This document shows positions 38,905-52,729 of a stretch of 64,000 bases of DNA, piece by piece; positions within the stretch are counted from its first letter, which is position 1, and the number at the start of each line of letters is the position of its first letter. A program made the translations under genes and the position numbers. The stretch covers positions 17,918,001 to 17,982,000 of the forward strand of contig NC_043002.1 in NCBI RefSeq assembly GCF_006345805.1. Direction: 5' to 3'. The notes below the pieces were generated by a model. The model had not been told where the DNA came from. It worked only from the letters and a program-made list of their open reading frames with translations, and searched no databases. The stretch is from Octopus sinensis. Lineage: Eukaryota.

Positions 38905-41900
38905 CATGTTTGATTTCCTGTATCGTATTCTCTTTTTATTTTCTCGTTTTGTAATTATTTGTATTTTTTGTACGTGTATTTTTATTTTTGCAGTTTTATT
39001 GTTGTCTATGCCAGAAGAAAAGGCTTTTTCGTTCGTCCTCTTGTGTGTTTGATTTTCTGTATCGTATTCTCTTTTTATTTTCTCGTTTTGTAATTATTTG
39101 TATATTTTGTACATGTATTTTTATTTTTGCAGTTTTATTGTTACGTCTTGTTCGTGTTCGTACTCATTTTGCCCCGCTGCTGGGAATTTTATTTTAATTC
39201 TCTCGCAGGAAGTCCTATTGAATTAGTGTTCTGTCTCTGCCTTCGAAACATGCTTGACTCCACTAGCGACAGCTGATGACGGGGGTTTTTTCCTTGTGTA
39301 GCTCGTCCTGTAATTGTTTTTTCGTTTTCTTCTTTTTGTTTTTCGTTTTCTTGTTTTTTTTTTGTTTTTTCCCGTTTCTACGTCTTATTGTGATGTCCTG
39401 TACTCACGTATAATTATTTATATATGCATGTATATATACATGTAGATGTAGGTACGTACATATATGTTTGTATGTATGCATATATTTTTATTTATCACCT
39501 TATTGTCTGACAGCGCCCCGCATCAGGTTCGTTCCGATTCGTCGTTTCGTTCCACTTCTTGGTTCCTGTTTTTTTTTTATATTATTATATTTAAGATGCG
39601 GAATTCTCTCCCTTTGCTTTAACCGCTTCACTCTCTCTCCCTCCCACTCCTCCTCTCTCTCTCAGCCGCGTGTCCCCCTCCTCCTTCCTTCTTCATTACT
39701 GCCAGCCTATAAAATAAAATTTCTTTTACACGTGGTTCTTACTACTGAAAAGACTGCCTCCACGCGCTGCTACATTATCCTTCGTCTTCGCCAGGAAAAG
39801 GCTTTTTCGTTCGTCCTCTTGTATGTTTGATTTCCTGTATCGTATTCTCTTTTTATTTTCTCGTTTTGTAATTATTTGTATTTTTTGTACATGTATTTTT
39901 ATTTTTGCAGTTTTATTGTTGTCTATGCCAGAAGAAAAGGCTTTTTCGTTCGTCCTCTTGTGTGTTTGATTTCCTGTATCGTATTCTCTTTTTATTTTCT
40001 CGTTTTGTAATTATTTGTATTTTTTGTACATGTATTTTTATTTTTGCAGTTTTATTGTTACGTCTTGTTCGTGTTCGTACTCATTTTGCCCCGCTGCTTG
40101 GAATTTTATTTTAATTCTCTCGCAGGAAGGCCTTTAGTTAGTTAGTTAGTTAGTTAATTTGGCTCAAAAGCAAATAGCAAGGTCATGTAGGGGGACATGG
40201 AGTTAAGTACAGGGTGGTGTTCATGTAAAGAGTTCAGGCCACTTGAGGTCAAGGGAGACTTTGAACAAAGCGGTCGTCGGCATCTTCACCATCTCGTCTG
40301 GCAGCTTGTTCCACGGATCCGCAACCCGGATGGAGAAAGCTCCTCTCCTTCAATTGAGATGAAATCGTCGCAGGTAGAGCTTTTCGGAATGACCCCGCAG
40401 CCGACGCTCTGGAGCAGGAGTGAAGAACAGCTCTTTCGAGAGGTTACACTTTCCGCTTATTATGTTGTGGGCGAGAATGAGATCACCACGGCAGCAGCGT
40501 TTTTCAAGAGAATAAAGGTCGAGCCTCCTCAGCCTTTCTTCATAGGACAAATTTTTGAGACCATGAACCATGCGGGTAGCCAGCTTCTGGACTCTTTCGA
40601 GATGCTGTATGTCTTTGAGGAGATAAGGAGAAGAGGCTTGAATCCCGTACTCCAATATGGGTCTCACCAGCGTGACATAGAGTGGTAGGAATATGGCTGC
40701 TGTGAGCATTCCGAATGACCGTCGAATCAAGAACAGAATTCCGCGTGCTTTGTTGGCAGCATGGACGCACTGGGCCGAAGGCGAAAAGGAGGAATCCACC
40801 AAGATACCCAGGTCCTTTACCTGATCGGTCCTCTCCAGCAGCAGACAACCCGGCTCGAAATCAAGTTGAGTTGCAGGAGGAGAGCCAACAGGCAGATGAC
40901 AGCACTTTGACACGTTCAGACACAGGTCCCAATTGTTAGACCACTTCCAAATTTGGTGGAGGCATCGACGAAGATCCTCTATATCACCGCGAGCAGCGAC
41001 CAGTTTGATATCGTCGGCAAATAGAAGGGTGTGTTGCGTGAGGTCGTCGGGCAAGTCATTTATGAAGACTAAGAACAATAAGGGCCCAAGCACTGAACCT
41101 TGAGGCACGCCACTGCTCGCACTGGAGACGTCGGACCGCGAACCATTAACTTGGACTTGGAAGGAGCGATCTGAGAGGAAGGCACCAACCCATCGTACAA
41201 TATCCGGATGGAAACTATATGCTTGAAGCTTGACAAGTAATAGGCGGTGGTTTACCGAGTCAAAAGCTTTGGCAAAGTCCAATAAAACGATGTCAACAGC
41301 ATCACTATCATCGAGGATGCGCGTCACCAATTCTTCCATTACCAGTAAGTTGGTCAAGCATGATCTCTTCGGCACGAAGCCGTGTTGGGAATCAGAGATA
41401 GGGGCTGTGTTTTGGAGGTGGAGCATCATACTTTTCTTAAGGATGGTTTCGAACATCTTGCTGATTATTGATGTAAGGGAAACCGGTCGGTAGCTAAGCG
41501 GGTCTTCGCGGCTCCCTTTCTTGAAAATTGGGCAGATTGTCGCTGTTCTCCAGTCCCCAGGTATAACACCCGTCGCCAATGACATATTGAATAGACGTGT
41601 TAAGGGCTCGCAGATGACCGGAGCCAACGCTTTGATAACCAGTGGGTGTATGCCGTCAGGGCCGTGACCCTTGTTGATATCGAGGCCTTGAATAACACGT
41701 TTGACTTCGTCCCGCGTGATGACCAATCTAGGCATTGGAGGTACCGATCTATCAAATGGAGGGGGTTCACAACCATCATCTTGTTTGAAAATAGTTGAAA
41801 AAGCCTCGGCAAATAATTGACTCTGTTGATAAGGGTCCTCAATCGATACGCCTGTTGAGTTTACCAACGTTTGGATTAGTGTTCTGTCTCTGCCTTCGAA

Positions 41901-42137
41901 ACATGCTTGACTCCACTAGCGACAGCTGATGACGGGGGTTTTTTCCTTGTGTAGCTCGTCCTGTAATTGTTTTTTCGTTTCCTTGTTTTTTGTTTTTCGT
42001 TTTCTTGTTTTTTGTTTTTTTGTTTTTTCCCGTTTCTACGTCTTATTTTGATGTCCTGTACTCACGTATAATTATTTATATATGCATGTATATATACATG
42101 TAGATGTAGGTACGTACATATATGTTTGTATGTATGC

Positions 42138-42150
<13 letters not shown>
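38905..42150 (+). repeat. About 1.6 tandem copies of a 917-bp unit, the second interrupted by a LINE
   Basis: tgatttcctgtatcg at 38911 and 39828 (offset 917); each copy carries an internal tandem duplication of about 130 bp. Copy 2 resumes at 41875 after the LINE. Confidence 0.85.
40134..41874 (-). mobile_element. 5'-truncated CR1/L2-group LINE, nearly intact RT
   Basis: 505-aa ORF with YRPVSLTS, QHGFVPKRS, LDFAKAFDSV, GVPQGSVLGP, FADD, KDLGI, LEYG, RGDLI. A single in-frame TGA (probably CGA>TGA) is followed by RRGAFSIRVADPWNKLP...ELFT*, ending at 40221. (CTAA)n tail. Confidence 0.95.
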
Positions 42151-42195
<45 letters not shown>

Positions 42196-44007
42196 TGCAT
42201 ACAATAATGATGATGATTGCTTCTTCTTGACAGGTGGTACCCGTCTCAGTTTATCTACATCATCTCAATAATCTCCATTACATTAGTGTGCTCTCAGATG
42301 CACTGCACCTCTGCAACCACAGGAGTTTAGTAGAGATACGAAATTATCTAGACGGAATGGGGTATGCGTACGTCATTAGATTTACATGACATACGCCTCT
42401 ACAGCGCATATCTCATCCTCTAAGTATAACTAAGTGTAATCTAGTCATAAGCATTACAAGAAGATTGATAGCTACATAAGTTTCCATTTCATGTTCCTTA
42501 CGCTTAGTCTTCTCCCATCTTTGGATTATTTCACCTCAACAGGGATATGAAAGAAGCATATTTGCACGCAGTTAGATGGCTGGTGATGCTCATCAATTCA
42601 TTCGTCTTTTTTAGCAGGGCTTATTTTTATCGTACACGTTTTCTTAAATTACATTTTTGATCAGACAGCAAAGGATGCTGGACGTCAACATTTTAACTGC
42701 TACCGATATGGATATGCAACTAGTTGCAATGAGCTACATTTTACCAGTTAGCACTCGTGAGTCACATGACATTTGTGTGCGTATGTGTGTGCGTGCTTGT
42801 TTATATATACGTTTTCTTTGCCGCATTAACTCATGCCTCGATAAATTTTCTTGGTGATATAACTTTACTCCAGCTGAGATGAATTTCGGAAAAACAGGTA
42901 ATCAATTATTAGCCCTGCGTAAATCTTTAAGAAGCGAACTTACTGTTCACAAATATGTATGATATCAGAAATATGACTAGGATTTAAATTCCTATAAAGT
43001 GTTTAAATGGCGAGACTTAGTTTTGGAGTTGTCCTCTTCTGTGCATTTGATACTAACCAGAAATATCTCTCGAAAAGAAAATGGAATCGCTCAACAGGAA
43101 ACCGAATCTATAGAACCTACTCAATTTACAAGGAGTTAACCACAAATCTACTCCACCGGGACTTTGACCCATCTTCATTTCCCTTTGAGAATGTTGACTT
43201 AAATTCCAGCGGTCAAAGAACTAATTGGAGAATTTATATCGTTGTGGGTTTCTTAACTTTTATTTAGAATATTTGTCTATCAATGAGATATGTCCATAGG
43301 AACCAATAAAACAGTCTCTAGGTTTTTATTTGACCTGTTGAAATATCAGATTTCCACTAAATTACACCATACTCTCTTACAATTATGTTAACCTTAAAAT
43401 AGGAATACCCATAGCTGGAATACTTTTTGTTTCAGTTTTTCTAAAAAAAACAACAAAACATTAATGTTTTTTACTCTCCTTCAACTGCTTACATTGGTAA
43501 CTTGTTCATAATTTGTGATTTCAGTTTACTTTTAAATAGGCTGTGCATAACACGTTGTTGTTTTTCTACTGAAGTTTTAACTTGTCCAATAATGTATCGA
43601 TTTTGGTAATAAAAATGGAATTTATTCATCCAGTTGATTACACCCACACTATACAAGTCTTAGCTTAGTTTTTTCAAAAGAAATTTATTTTACCATGGAA
43701 AGCAAGTTGATGGAAAGTCAATGAAAATAAAGTCACCAAGTAAACACCCTAAAATATCCATGATTTCGTCCATCTACATATTCAGTGTAAGTCTTGACTC
43801 ATCATCTCTTTGGTGTCAGTAAAAACCGTTATGCATACACTGTGGACGAATCAATCGATTTTACTCATCCTCTATAATTTCATTTTATTTTTTAAAAAAA
43901 CATTTTGTCCATGTGACCAATCAATACTATCAACAACTAAACAACGATAGAATTGCAAACCAGCTCAGGCGATATCGAATTGAAAAATTATTGAATCACA
44001 GAAAGTA

Positions 44008-44086
<79 letters not shown>

Positions 44087-46399
44087 ATATGTATATATAA
44101 AGTAATATAAAAACTATAATAATAACCAATAAATTACAATCAGTGAAAATTTAGAAATCTCACACTTTAAATCTTATTGATCACATTTGTCTTGTTTTTG
44201 ATTTTGTTTTCAATATTTCCTCTTTATAATTTTTACTATCATTTCCACTCACCTTTCAATAATCAATAATTCTGTCTACAAATACGAGCAAAATGGAATA
44301 AAATGCCATAAATGTCACTTACCAAAGGCTTACTAATAAATAATTGAAAGAAACTTTCACTAGAAATGGCCAAACGAATTCTAATGAATTGATACATTGA
44401 GATTCATTAAAAAGAAAATCAATCGATTTGTTGGAGTTATTTATAAAACGACCAGTAAATATATCGTTCGTAGAACTGGTTTAATCGAGAAGCTGGATGG
44501 ATGGAAAGATGGGTGACTCTGTATCGGAGAAGATCAAAAGTATTTAACGGAAGTGTTTAATTAGTTTCATTATGTCTCATCTATTATAGAAAGTTCTTAC
44601 TACTAACTGACACTCTTTGTCACCTATATTTCACCAATTTAAACTTTCGGTTGTAATTCTGCACACAAAAGGTACTTATTTTTAAATAGCTTATTATAGA
44701 TTATTCGCTTGAGTAATTTGGATAAAGTCTTTTAAATAACTGAATAGAACGGTATTGTTAGTATGATACCGTTCAAATCATTCAATCCACGTTATTATGT
44801 GACTTTTAGAAGTTTCTTTTGAGTGAGATAACCAAAGAGGATCTATTTTGCCTTTAATTCTGATAATTCAAGTATTAAGTATTAGCAGGAGACTTTGATG
44901 CATGGTGGTATATAAGTTCATATCAAATTAAAAGTAATTTATCTTCATATTGGTTTCTCACAGTGAAAATTTTCACAAAGCCACATATATACTGTCGATC
45001 AACTTTATCGTCGTACATGACCTATAGATATTTTAATGAATCTATGAGAGTAAAAGCCAAAGTCAACTTCAGTGAGATTTGAACTCAGTATTTAAGAAGA
45101 AATAATTACATACCGCAAAGCATTTTTCGACTCTTCAACATTCTGTTATCCATTCTTCCTTAATTTCTATTTTAATACTGATCTTTTCATAGATACAAGG
45201 CTTCAAGTTTTTTAATGAGTATAATGTATGTACCATTTCCGTACGGCTTTCAGTTAACCCGATGGTTCCTCTCTGCGACACAGGTAATATTGAGCCAATT
45301 TTAATAGTAATTTAGTGTGGGTGTGTGCGATTGTATTAGCGTTGGACAAAATACCTGGCGATATTTGTTCCCGTCCTTTTCATTCTGGGATCAAATTTTG
45401 CCGAGCTGAACTTGGCCTTTTCTTCTTCAAATTTCCTAGAGAAAAAAATGTATAAGCTCAGTATAGTTTGGTGGAATTTCTTTCAAGGTTGAACTCAGCA
45501 TGTAAAATGTGTAACCCAAATTTTGGGGTGCGTAGTCTGGCTTTCTGTGTCTTGACTTCACCTGTGGTATACCCTACAAAATATTTAGATCTTTGCTTTT
45601 TCTTTGATCAACACCCGTATCGTTGAGGTGAATATTTTTCTGCATACGAAACAACTGATCTTTCCTAGAAGTTTAGGTTTACTGCTTCGTGAGAAATATT
45701 TTATGTGCAAATTCATGGTCAACCAAGATCGATAGATTCCTGAAATATAACACTATAAAAAATATATCAATAAATACATTAATATGTTGCTTCTAATGAA
45801 AATGTCACGTACAGGTGTTAGAAATGAGTGTCATACTCCTAACACTACATGCATTTATTTATTCATTCAGTCATTTAGTTATTTATTTATTTATTTATAA
45901 TCAATAGCTAAGTGCTGATTTCAGCTATATCGTTAAATGTTTACTTTGATTCAATTTTCATATTTATCGATTCCTACCAATCAGATTCTACAAGCTGGAT
46001 GTAAATTGTCAATTGCTTGTATATTTCATCATAATTAATACTGCAAAAAATGAAATATTTACTGAACATTGCACCATATTTTTTTTTTCCTCCATACCTT
46101 GTTCCGAAAGATAATCTTCCATGAGGAGATTTGCGTTTCGTGGAGTTCACGTAGGAGTGCGTAGCATTTTGATATACGTTGCTGTTGTTATTGATGATGG
46201 TTACTCATAAGATAACGTTATTCAAGGAAACTTATATCAAGATTGTTAGCATACTAATCGTGTTTATATTTTTCAAGTTTCTTCTCCCCCACAGTGTATC
46301 AATATGCAGCGGAATATAAATGTAACTCAAAATAACTAAAAATTACAGAGCAATTAAATTAAAATTTTCTAAATCAGGCAAAATACTGATATTATTTGA

Positions 46400-47500
46400 T
46401 AATATGAACCAATTAGGCATATTTATGCAATAAAAGAGACACAAGCACTGCGTAGAGATGAAGAAGTAGAATGAAATATTGAAATCAAAGAAAGGCGAAA
46501 AACGAAGCTAGATCATAGAGGAAATTCTATGAGGACGGAAAGAGCGAAAGAGATACAAGAATGAAGATGAAGATAGATATAGCAACCTAAATATAGAAAT
46601 CACTTCTGAATGTGGGGAAGTAAAAACCAAATACCTGGATGATCAATGCCACTTATGCGGAAAACTTATTAACCGGCTTAAATCTAAAGAACAGTAAGAT
46701 GAAATAAACGAGATCACAAGCAGTACATGCACGAGTAAACCGCGTTGTAACATTAAGGACAAAAATCGAAACATAACGTTTGATCATCGACAGATTGCAT
46801 CAAGATAGAATGATTGCATAAAAGAACTGTACGGTGAGGAGACCAGACCGTCTATTCTCAATTTTAAAGCTGCTAATGGAAATGGAATCTTAAAAGAAGT
46901 AGAAATGGTAATAAAGGCAATGAAATATGTTATGTTAACTGGAGGAGATAAAACAGAAAGGTATTAAAGGCATTATAAACCATGTTATAGATCTAATAAC
47001 ATATTTTGTAACGCAATATATGAGAGTGGATACATTCCAAATTAAATAAAACAATGTATCTTTGTTCTATTACTAAAGAAACCGAAACTTCAAGGAATGT
47101 AGAGAATTTAGCATCGTAAGCATGAGATTAAATTGATAGTGATCATTTTCGAACAGAGATTTTCATAAAGAATAAATTAAAGCCAATTATAAAAGCGGGT
47201 TTATGCCAAAGCTGGGAAGACATGGAAGAATACAAGACCTGAGAATCATATATGAAGTAGTTCTATATGTAAACCTAGGTGTTTACAAATCTCTATAGAC
47301 TCCACTAAGACCTATGCCAGAGGTAAACTGATAAAGATAATCCATTGTCTTATATGAGATCGGGACATGCGTGAAGATTGTGATGTAATATTTAGTAAAT
47401 ATAACCCTTTTTATAAATCCTGGAATAGCTTCAAAATTTAAGATTGAAAACGGCATCAGGCGGTGATGTGTTCTTTACACTAAGTTATTGAACACATCCA
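46400..47500 (+). mobile_element. Highly degenerate RTE-type LINE RT relic
   Basis: Scattered motifs: ILKEVEMVIKAMK, IYESGYIP, KKPK..ECREF, GFMP, LRII.E, ENGIR..CVL. Many stops and frameshifts. Confidence 0.6.
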
Positions 47501-47624
47501 CTTTCAACAGTGATAAAGTCTAGTAGCTTGTAATTGCTAATGTTTTATAAAACACTGTAAAAGTTTATGACAGTACCGTATATAACCCATTAACATTTTA
47601 TATATCATGCAGTAATATATACAT

Positions 47625-48600
47625 ATATACCCAGTTGAGTCAAAAGCTTTGCTTTACGTATTCGAATATTTAATATATAGTTCCAACAAATTACATACGT
47701 AAAGCATTTATTCATCAAAATATATCCCACAATATTCTCTTGTCAGTTACCACTGGTGTGCCTGAAGCTTAATTCCACGCGTATGCTATGCGGCTGATTT
47801 AGAGAAAAAGCCCTCCTTCACCCGGTTTCAAACTATCCACTTTGTTAAACCTTCCTCGGTGCAGGAGATGAGTTTTGGATAGGAAAACCTAATTATCTGA
47901 TAATGCTTCGGCAGGACTGCAGGCGGATTGAGACAGCACCTCCAGCCCCAGAAATCTTTCAAGTTGGCGCTTGGTCACATTGGCAATGAGTGCTGGAGAA
48001 CTGTTATGCTGTAGGAGTTCGTGTCTTCCTTTGACGAATGATGGCTTTCCAAGAATCATATACTCACTGCAGTTGTTGAGCGTAAACGTTAGTGTCAACA
48101 ACATTACCATGTGGGAAAACTTGAAAGAGGAACACACCCTCGCACTTTCACCAAAAACATAACATGACCATGTGTTCAAACCACCGTTGTTTGGCAACAG
48201 GCTCTGAAGCCTGGCCAGAAATAAAGCACTGATATCTCTTACTAAAATTATGAAAATAGATCCAATTTTCCTCTCCATATACAACTCGACGCCAAAACCA
48301 GGCTTCTCGAGGATTTGCCAGGACTTGTTTGCACATTTTAACGTGTCGTTAAGCCTGGTCATTGGTAAATTCATCACCAACCACTCGACAGCGTCTGTTC
48401 ACAAGACCGAGCTTATGGAATTATCGATTGATGGTGCTTTGTGAAGAATCAAATTCTACCGACAATGTACGCGTGATTGTATTAGGATGTTCTTCGACCA
48501 TTTGAAGCAAGGGAACAGCTTTCGCAACAGGTTTCCTTGACGTTGGCTTGTCATTGAGGCTGGCATAACTTTCCACATTATTAATTTCTTTTGTCGCTGA
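47625..48600 (-). mobile_element. Degenerate mariner transposon
   Basis: Minus strand: WFWRRVVYGEENWIYF (from RIVTGDEKW), MVMLCFW (from KVMLCVWW), NVYAQQLQ, ACSPAEALSD (from YSPDLAPSD), GIKL..W...YFDE*. Confidence 0.85.
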
Positions 48601-48998
48601 AAAAAGTACTCAGTACTTATTTTTTTATCAGCGGTAGAGTAAAATGGCTATAATTGTAACTAATAAAAGCTGTAAAATAACGAATAATCAATTAATGTTT
48701 ATAAGATATATATGAAAATAAAAAGTAAACAACTGGGCAAGCGGTATTAAATTAATGATACGACATGGAGATACAAGTTGCCAAAAGTCAGCAGTGAAAA
48801 TCCGAAGAATTATTTTTTACTCAATTTGTTATGCGTGTGCGCGTGTGTGTGTATGTGTGTGTCTGTCTGTGCGCGTATGAGTGTGTATATATATAGAAAT
48901 GTAATCTAATAATAGGAAGTCTGGATCAGAAATTAAATGAAGGATTGAAATCACTAAAATGGAATTTGAAAAAATTACAATATTACTGACATCAAAAA

Positions 48999-49207
48999 GG
49001 CGGTGGTCTGACAGAATTGTTAGCACAATTATAAATGTTTAGTTGCATTTTGTCCGTCTTTACGTTCTGAGTTCGAATTCTGCCGGGGTCAAGTGTGCCT
49101 TTCATAATTTCGATGTCGATAAAAATAACGCAAGCTGTATACTGGGGTTGATGTACTAGCCTTCCACCCCAAATGTCAGGCTCTGTATCTATAGCAAAAA
49201 GGAATAT
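48999..49207 (+). mobile_element. SINE-B, diverged
   Basis: aaggcggtggtctgacagaattgttagcac...ttacgttctgagttcgaattc. Confidence 0.65.
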
Positions 49208-49288
49208 AACTGACATCAATATCCAAACCATCAAAGAAAGAAATATTAATATCAACACCAAAATATGTTTTTCTGAAAATATTATTAT

Positions 49289-49708
49289 AGGCACAGGAGT
49301 GGCTGAGTGATAAGTAGCTTGCTTACCAACCACATGGTTCCGGGTTCAGTCCCACTGCGTGGCATCTTGGGCAAGTGTCTTCTGCTATAGCCCCGGGCCG
49401 ACTAAAGCCTTGTGAGTGGATTTGGTAGACGGAAACTGAAAGAAGCCTGTCGTATATATGTGTATATTATATATGTGTGTATGTATATGTTTGTGTGTCT
49501 GTATTTGTCCCCCAAACATCACTTAATAACCGATGCTGGTGTGTTTACGTCCCCGTAACTTTATGGTTCGGCAAAAGAGACCGATAGAATAAGTACTGGG
49601 CTTACAAAAGAATAAGTCCCGGGGTCGAGTTGCTCGACTAAAGGCGGTGCTCCAGCATGGCCGCAGTCAAATGACTGAAACAAATAAAAGAGAAAAGAGA
49701 GAAAAAGA
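49289..49708 (+). mobile_element. SINE-A, full length
   Basis: Matches the SINE-A consensus. Confidence 0.9.
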
Positions 49709-50044
49709 TAGTCCATTCTAAATATGAAGCTGAAACATAGACATTAACAAATTTACTATCGAAATGGCTACAAACGTTTTAGAGGAGACCATATAGAAAA
49801 CGTTTTAGAGTATCGTAGACAACGTACATAATAGTTGATAAAATATTAACATAGGGAAAATCTATGAACATTAGTTGCCATTAATATAAGCTAACAAAAA
49901 TGACTTAAACACAGAAAATATTGGATTAGAGAAAGGGACATCTTATAAAAGACAGAAGTATTTCTTTAACAAATATACAATCACATCCCAAAAATTAGTC
50001 TTTCACTTTAGAACCAGGAAATATTTCGGCCCCCAACAACTGAT

Positions 50045-50200
50045 ACTCTAAAATACTCAAATGAGTCTCACAATAGAGTACTCCTCCCATATCTGAGGCA
50101 GTACTGCTACCATATTCTCAGACCGCATCCAGGGAACTCGACTCACGGCTAGCTGGCACTCTGTCTCGTCCGATATAGAACATAACCAAAGAGCAACGAC
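50045..50200 (+). mobile_element. Short CR1-like LINE ORF2 C-terminal relic
   Basis: NTQMSLTIEYSSHI*GS..IFSDRIQ resembles the CR1-group K..VRP.MEY.SHIW....LDRIQ motif. Confidence 0.45.
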
Positions 50201-50254
50201 ATGAGATTACGGTCTATCGACAAACTGATATTGGATTATGATGTATCGACAATA

Positions 50255-50625
50255 GTGCATGGGCAGGACTGCAGGCGGTTTGAGACAGCACCTCCAGCCC
50301 CAGAAATGTTTCACGTTGGCCCTTGGTCACATTGGCAATGAGTGCTGGAGAACTGTCATGTTTTAGGAGTTCGCGTCTTCCTTTGACCAATGCTAGCTTT
50401 CCAAGAATCATATACTCACTGCAGTTGTTGAGTGTGAAATTCTACAGCATTACCATGTAGGAGAAGCCGGAAGAGGAACACACCCTCGCAATTTCACCAA
50501 ACACATAACATTACCTTGTGTTCAAACCATTCTACTTTGGCAACAGGCTCTGAAGCCTGGCCGGAAATAAAGCACTGATATCTCTTACTAAAATTATGAA
50601 AATAGATCCATTTTTCCTCTCCACC
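50255..50625 (-). mobile_element. Second internal fragment of the same mariner family as 47625-48600
   Basis: Collinear, high identity to about 47910-48280 (gcaggactgcaggcgg..gagacagcacctccagccccagaaa...aaattatgaaaatagatcca). Confidence 0.85.
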
Positions 50626-51169
50626 CCTATTGTCAATTGTAAGGTTATACATAACTAAATAAATAATTTCTTATAGCCAGGAGACTAAATCCGATTTCGC
50701 CAGAACAGGATTGATAAATACATTACAACTGCCTGACTAACCAATACAAGAATTGTAACAGAAATAGATCAATCCTATCCACTGGTCTGAATTCATATGC
50801 ATTGCCCGTAAGTAACATCAAGATTTTCTCAGTATTGGGCTACGCTGCAGCAAGAGAGCCGCTGTTGTGATAATGACTGAGAACCTTTCTCGGGTCCTCA
50901 GTGTTCCAGAAAGAGTAATGGAATACAACCGATGAACCCGTTTCCACACGATCGTGGGACCGATAAGAAATGACAAATAAATCTCTTATGAAACATGCTA
51001 ACGTCTTTAAACTGGAAAGATATTTAATAATATATTATTTTATATTCCTTATAAAGGGAACGGTCACGAATGGAATGCCTTTGCTCATAAGTCTGGTGAA
51101 AGAGGTTTTAATTGGCACTACAAAAGTATTAAACAACTGCAACAACAGCCTACAATAATTGATGAAAAT

Positions 51170-51375
51170 GTCGGTACAAGGTCACCGAGACTCTAAGAGG
51201 GAAAGGAAGTTAAAAACACGACACTCAGTTCTTAAGTGGTACATTATTTTATCAATTCCGAAAGAAAATCATAGTTAATTAAGGCAGGATTTGATCTCAG
51301 AATGTGTGCAGCGGGAAGAAATCTGCTAAACATTTCGACCAAAGTGCCAACGATTCTTCCATCAAGCCACCTTAC
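51170..51375 (-). mobile_element. Degenerate SINE-B; further copies at about 52185-52305 (+), 59185-59365 (-), 45040-45130 (-) and 28140-28240 (-)
   Basis: Diverged ggtacattattttatc..ccgaaag..ggatttga.ctcagaa blocks. Confidence 0.55.
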
Positions 51376-51911
51376 CACTACAGCTAACCATTATAACAAT
51401 ATCTTATCTTAAATCTAATTTATCTTGATATTTTAAATAAATTGTGTCATTTCAATACAACATCGCATGTTACATAAATATTATTACAAATCCAGTTAGT
51501 TACTAGACCTTTGGCCATATAACATATGTTAGTTTAAATCAAGAACTCGTGACAAATGTGACTCAGTAATGTTGTGTACGTTGATATATAATTTGACCTC
51601 TCACACTACGCTTCTGTAAATTCTTCTCGGCCATTAAATGACAGAACCATTGACATAAATCCATAGATTTCCCCAAGTCTTCATTGAAAACTTATCAATG
51701 CATTCTTCATACATAGTTGACACGTATACAAACTTTGGTCTTTCAAGAAGAGAATTGCCATTAGGTGCGCAAGCAGTCTCAAACCATACAAATATGACGG
51801 AATCCGCTGAAATCCACAATGAAATTCCCCTGTGGTGAATATTTCTTAAGTAAACTCAGGTAAACATATGTGTATGTGTGTTGTATGTAATATATATATA
51901 TATAATATATA

Positions 51912-51957
<46 letters not shown>

Positions 51958-51968
51958 GTATATATATA

Positions 51969-51999
<31 letters not shown>

Positions 52000-52032
52000 A
52001 CATATACATACATATATAAATGCATATGTAAA

Positions 52033-52083
<51 letters not shown>

Positions 52084-52567
52084 TGTACGACTCTCTTATT
52101 CTTTCATTTTTTCTTTCTTTCATTCCCTTCACACTTCGTTCTTTCCACTCTTCTGTCTTTCGCTCCCCCTCTCTCACATTTCCTGGCCTCGACTTTACCT
52201 TTCATCCTTTCGGGATCGATAAACTAAGTACCAGTTGCGTACTGAGGTCGATCTAATCAACTGGGCTCCTTCCCCAAAAACCTCTGGCATTGTCCCTAAA
52301 GTAGAAAAGATTCTCACCTTCCCTCCTCTTTCACTTCATTCTGTCCCTTTTTCTCGCCCCTCCCTAATTATTCTATCCCTCTGCTTCTACCTCTCTCCAC
52401 TCCTTCCAAGTGACCGGTGTTCGGCCAAGCCTGACTTTACTTGGTTCACTCTCTGGACTCATTCTTCTTAAATGACGAGACCCCTGAATACTGAATACTG
52501 TACAACGTCCCTTGAACAGGTAATTTGAATAGTGAAAACTGATTGGATTTCACGACATCCATATGAT

Positions 52568-52626
52568 ATGATTGATTGATTCTAGTTTCAGCTCATGAGC
52601 TGTGGCCATGCTGGGGCACCGCCATT
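52568..52626 (-). mobile_element. Isolated retroelement 3' end sharing the SINE-A/LINE terminal motif
   Basis: Minus strand: ggcggtgccccagcatggccacagctcatgagctgaaactagaatcaatcaatc. Confidence 0.7.
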
Positions 52627-52729
52627 TGTATGTATTTATAAAAAGATATTAACCTATATGAAACGAAGGCATTTCTCTTCCACTTTTTATATTTTTTCTA
52701 CATATTTTCAACTATATATATATAAATAA

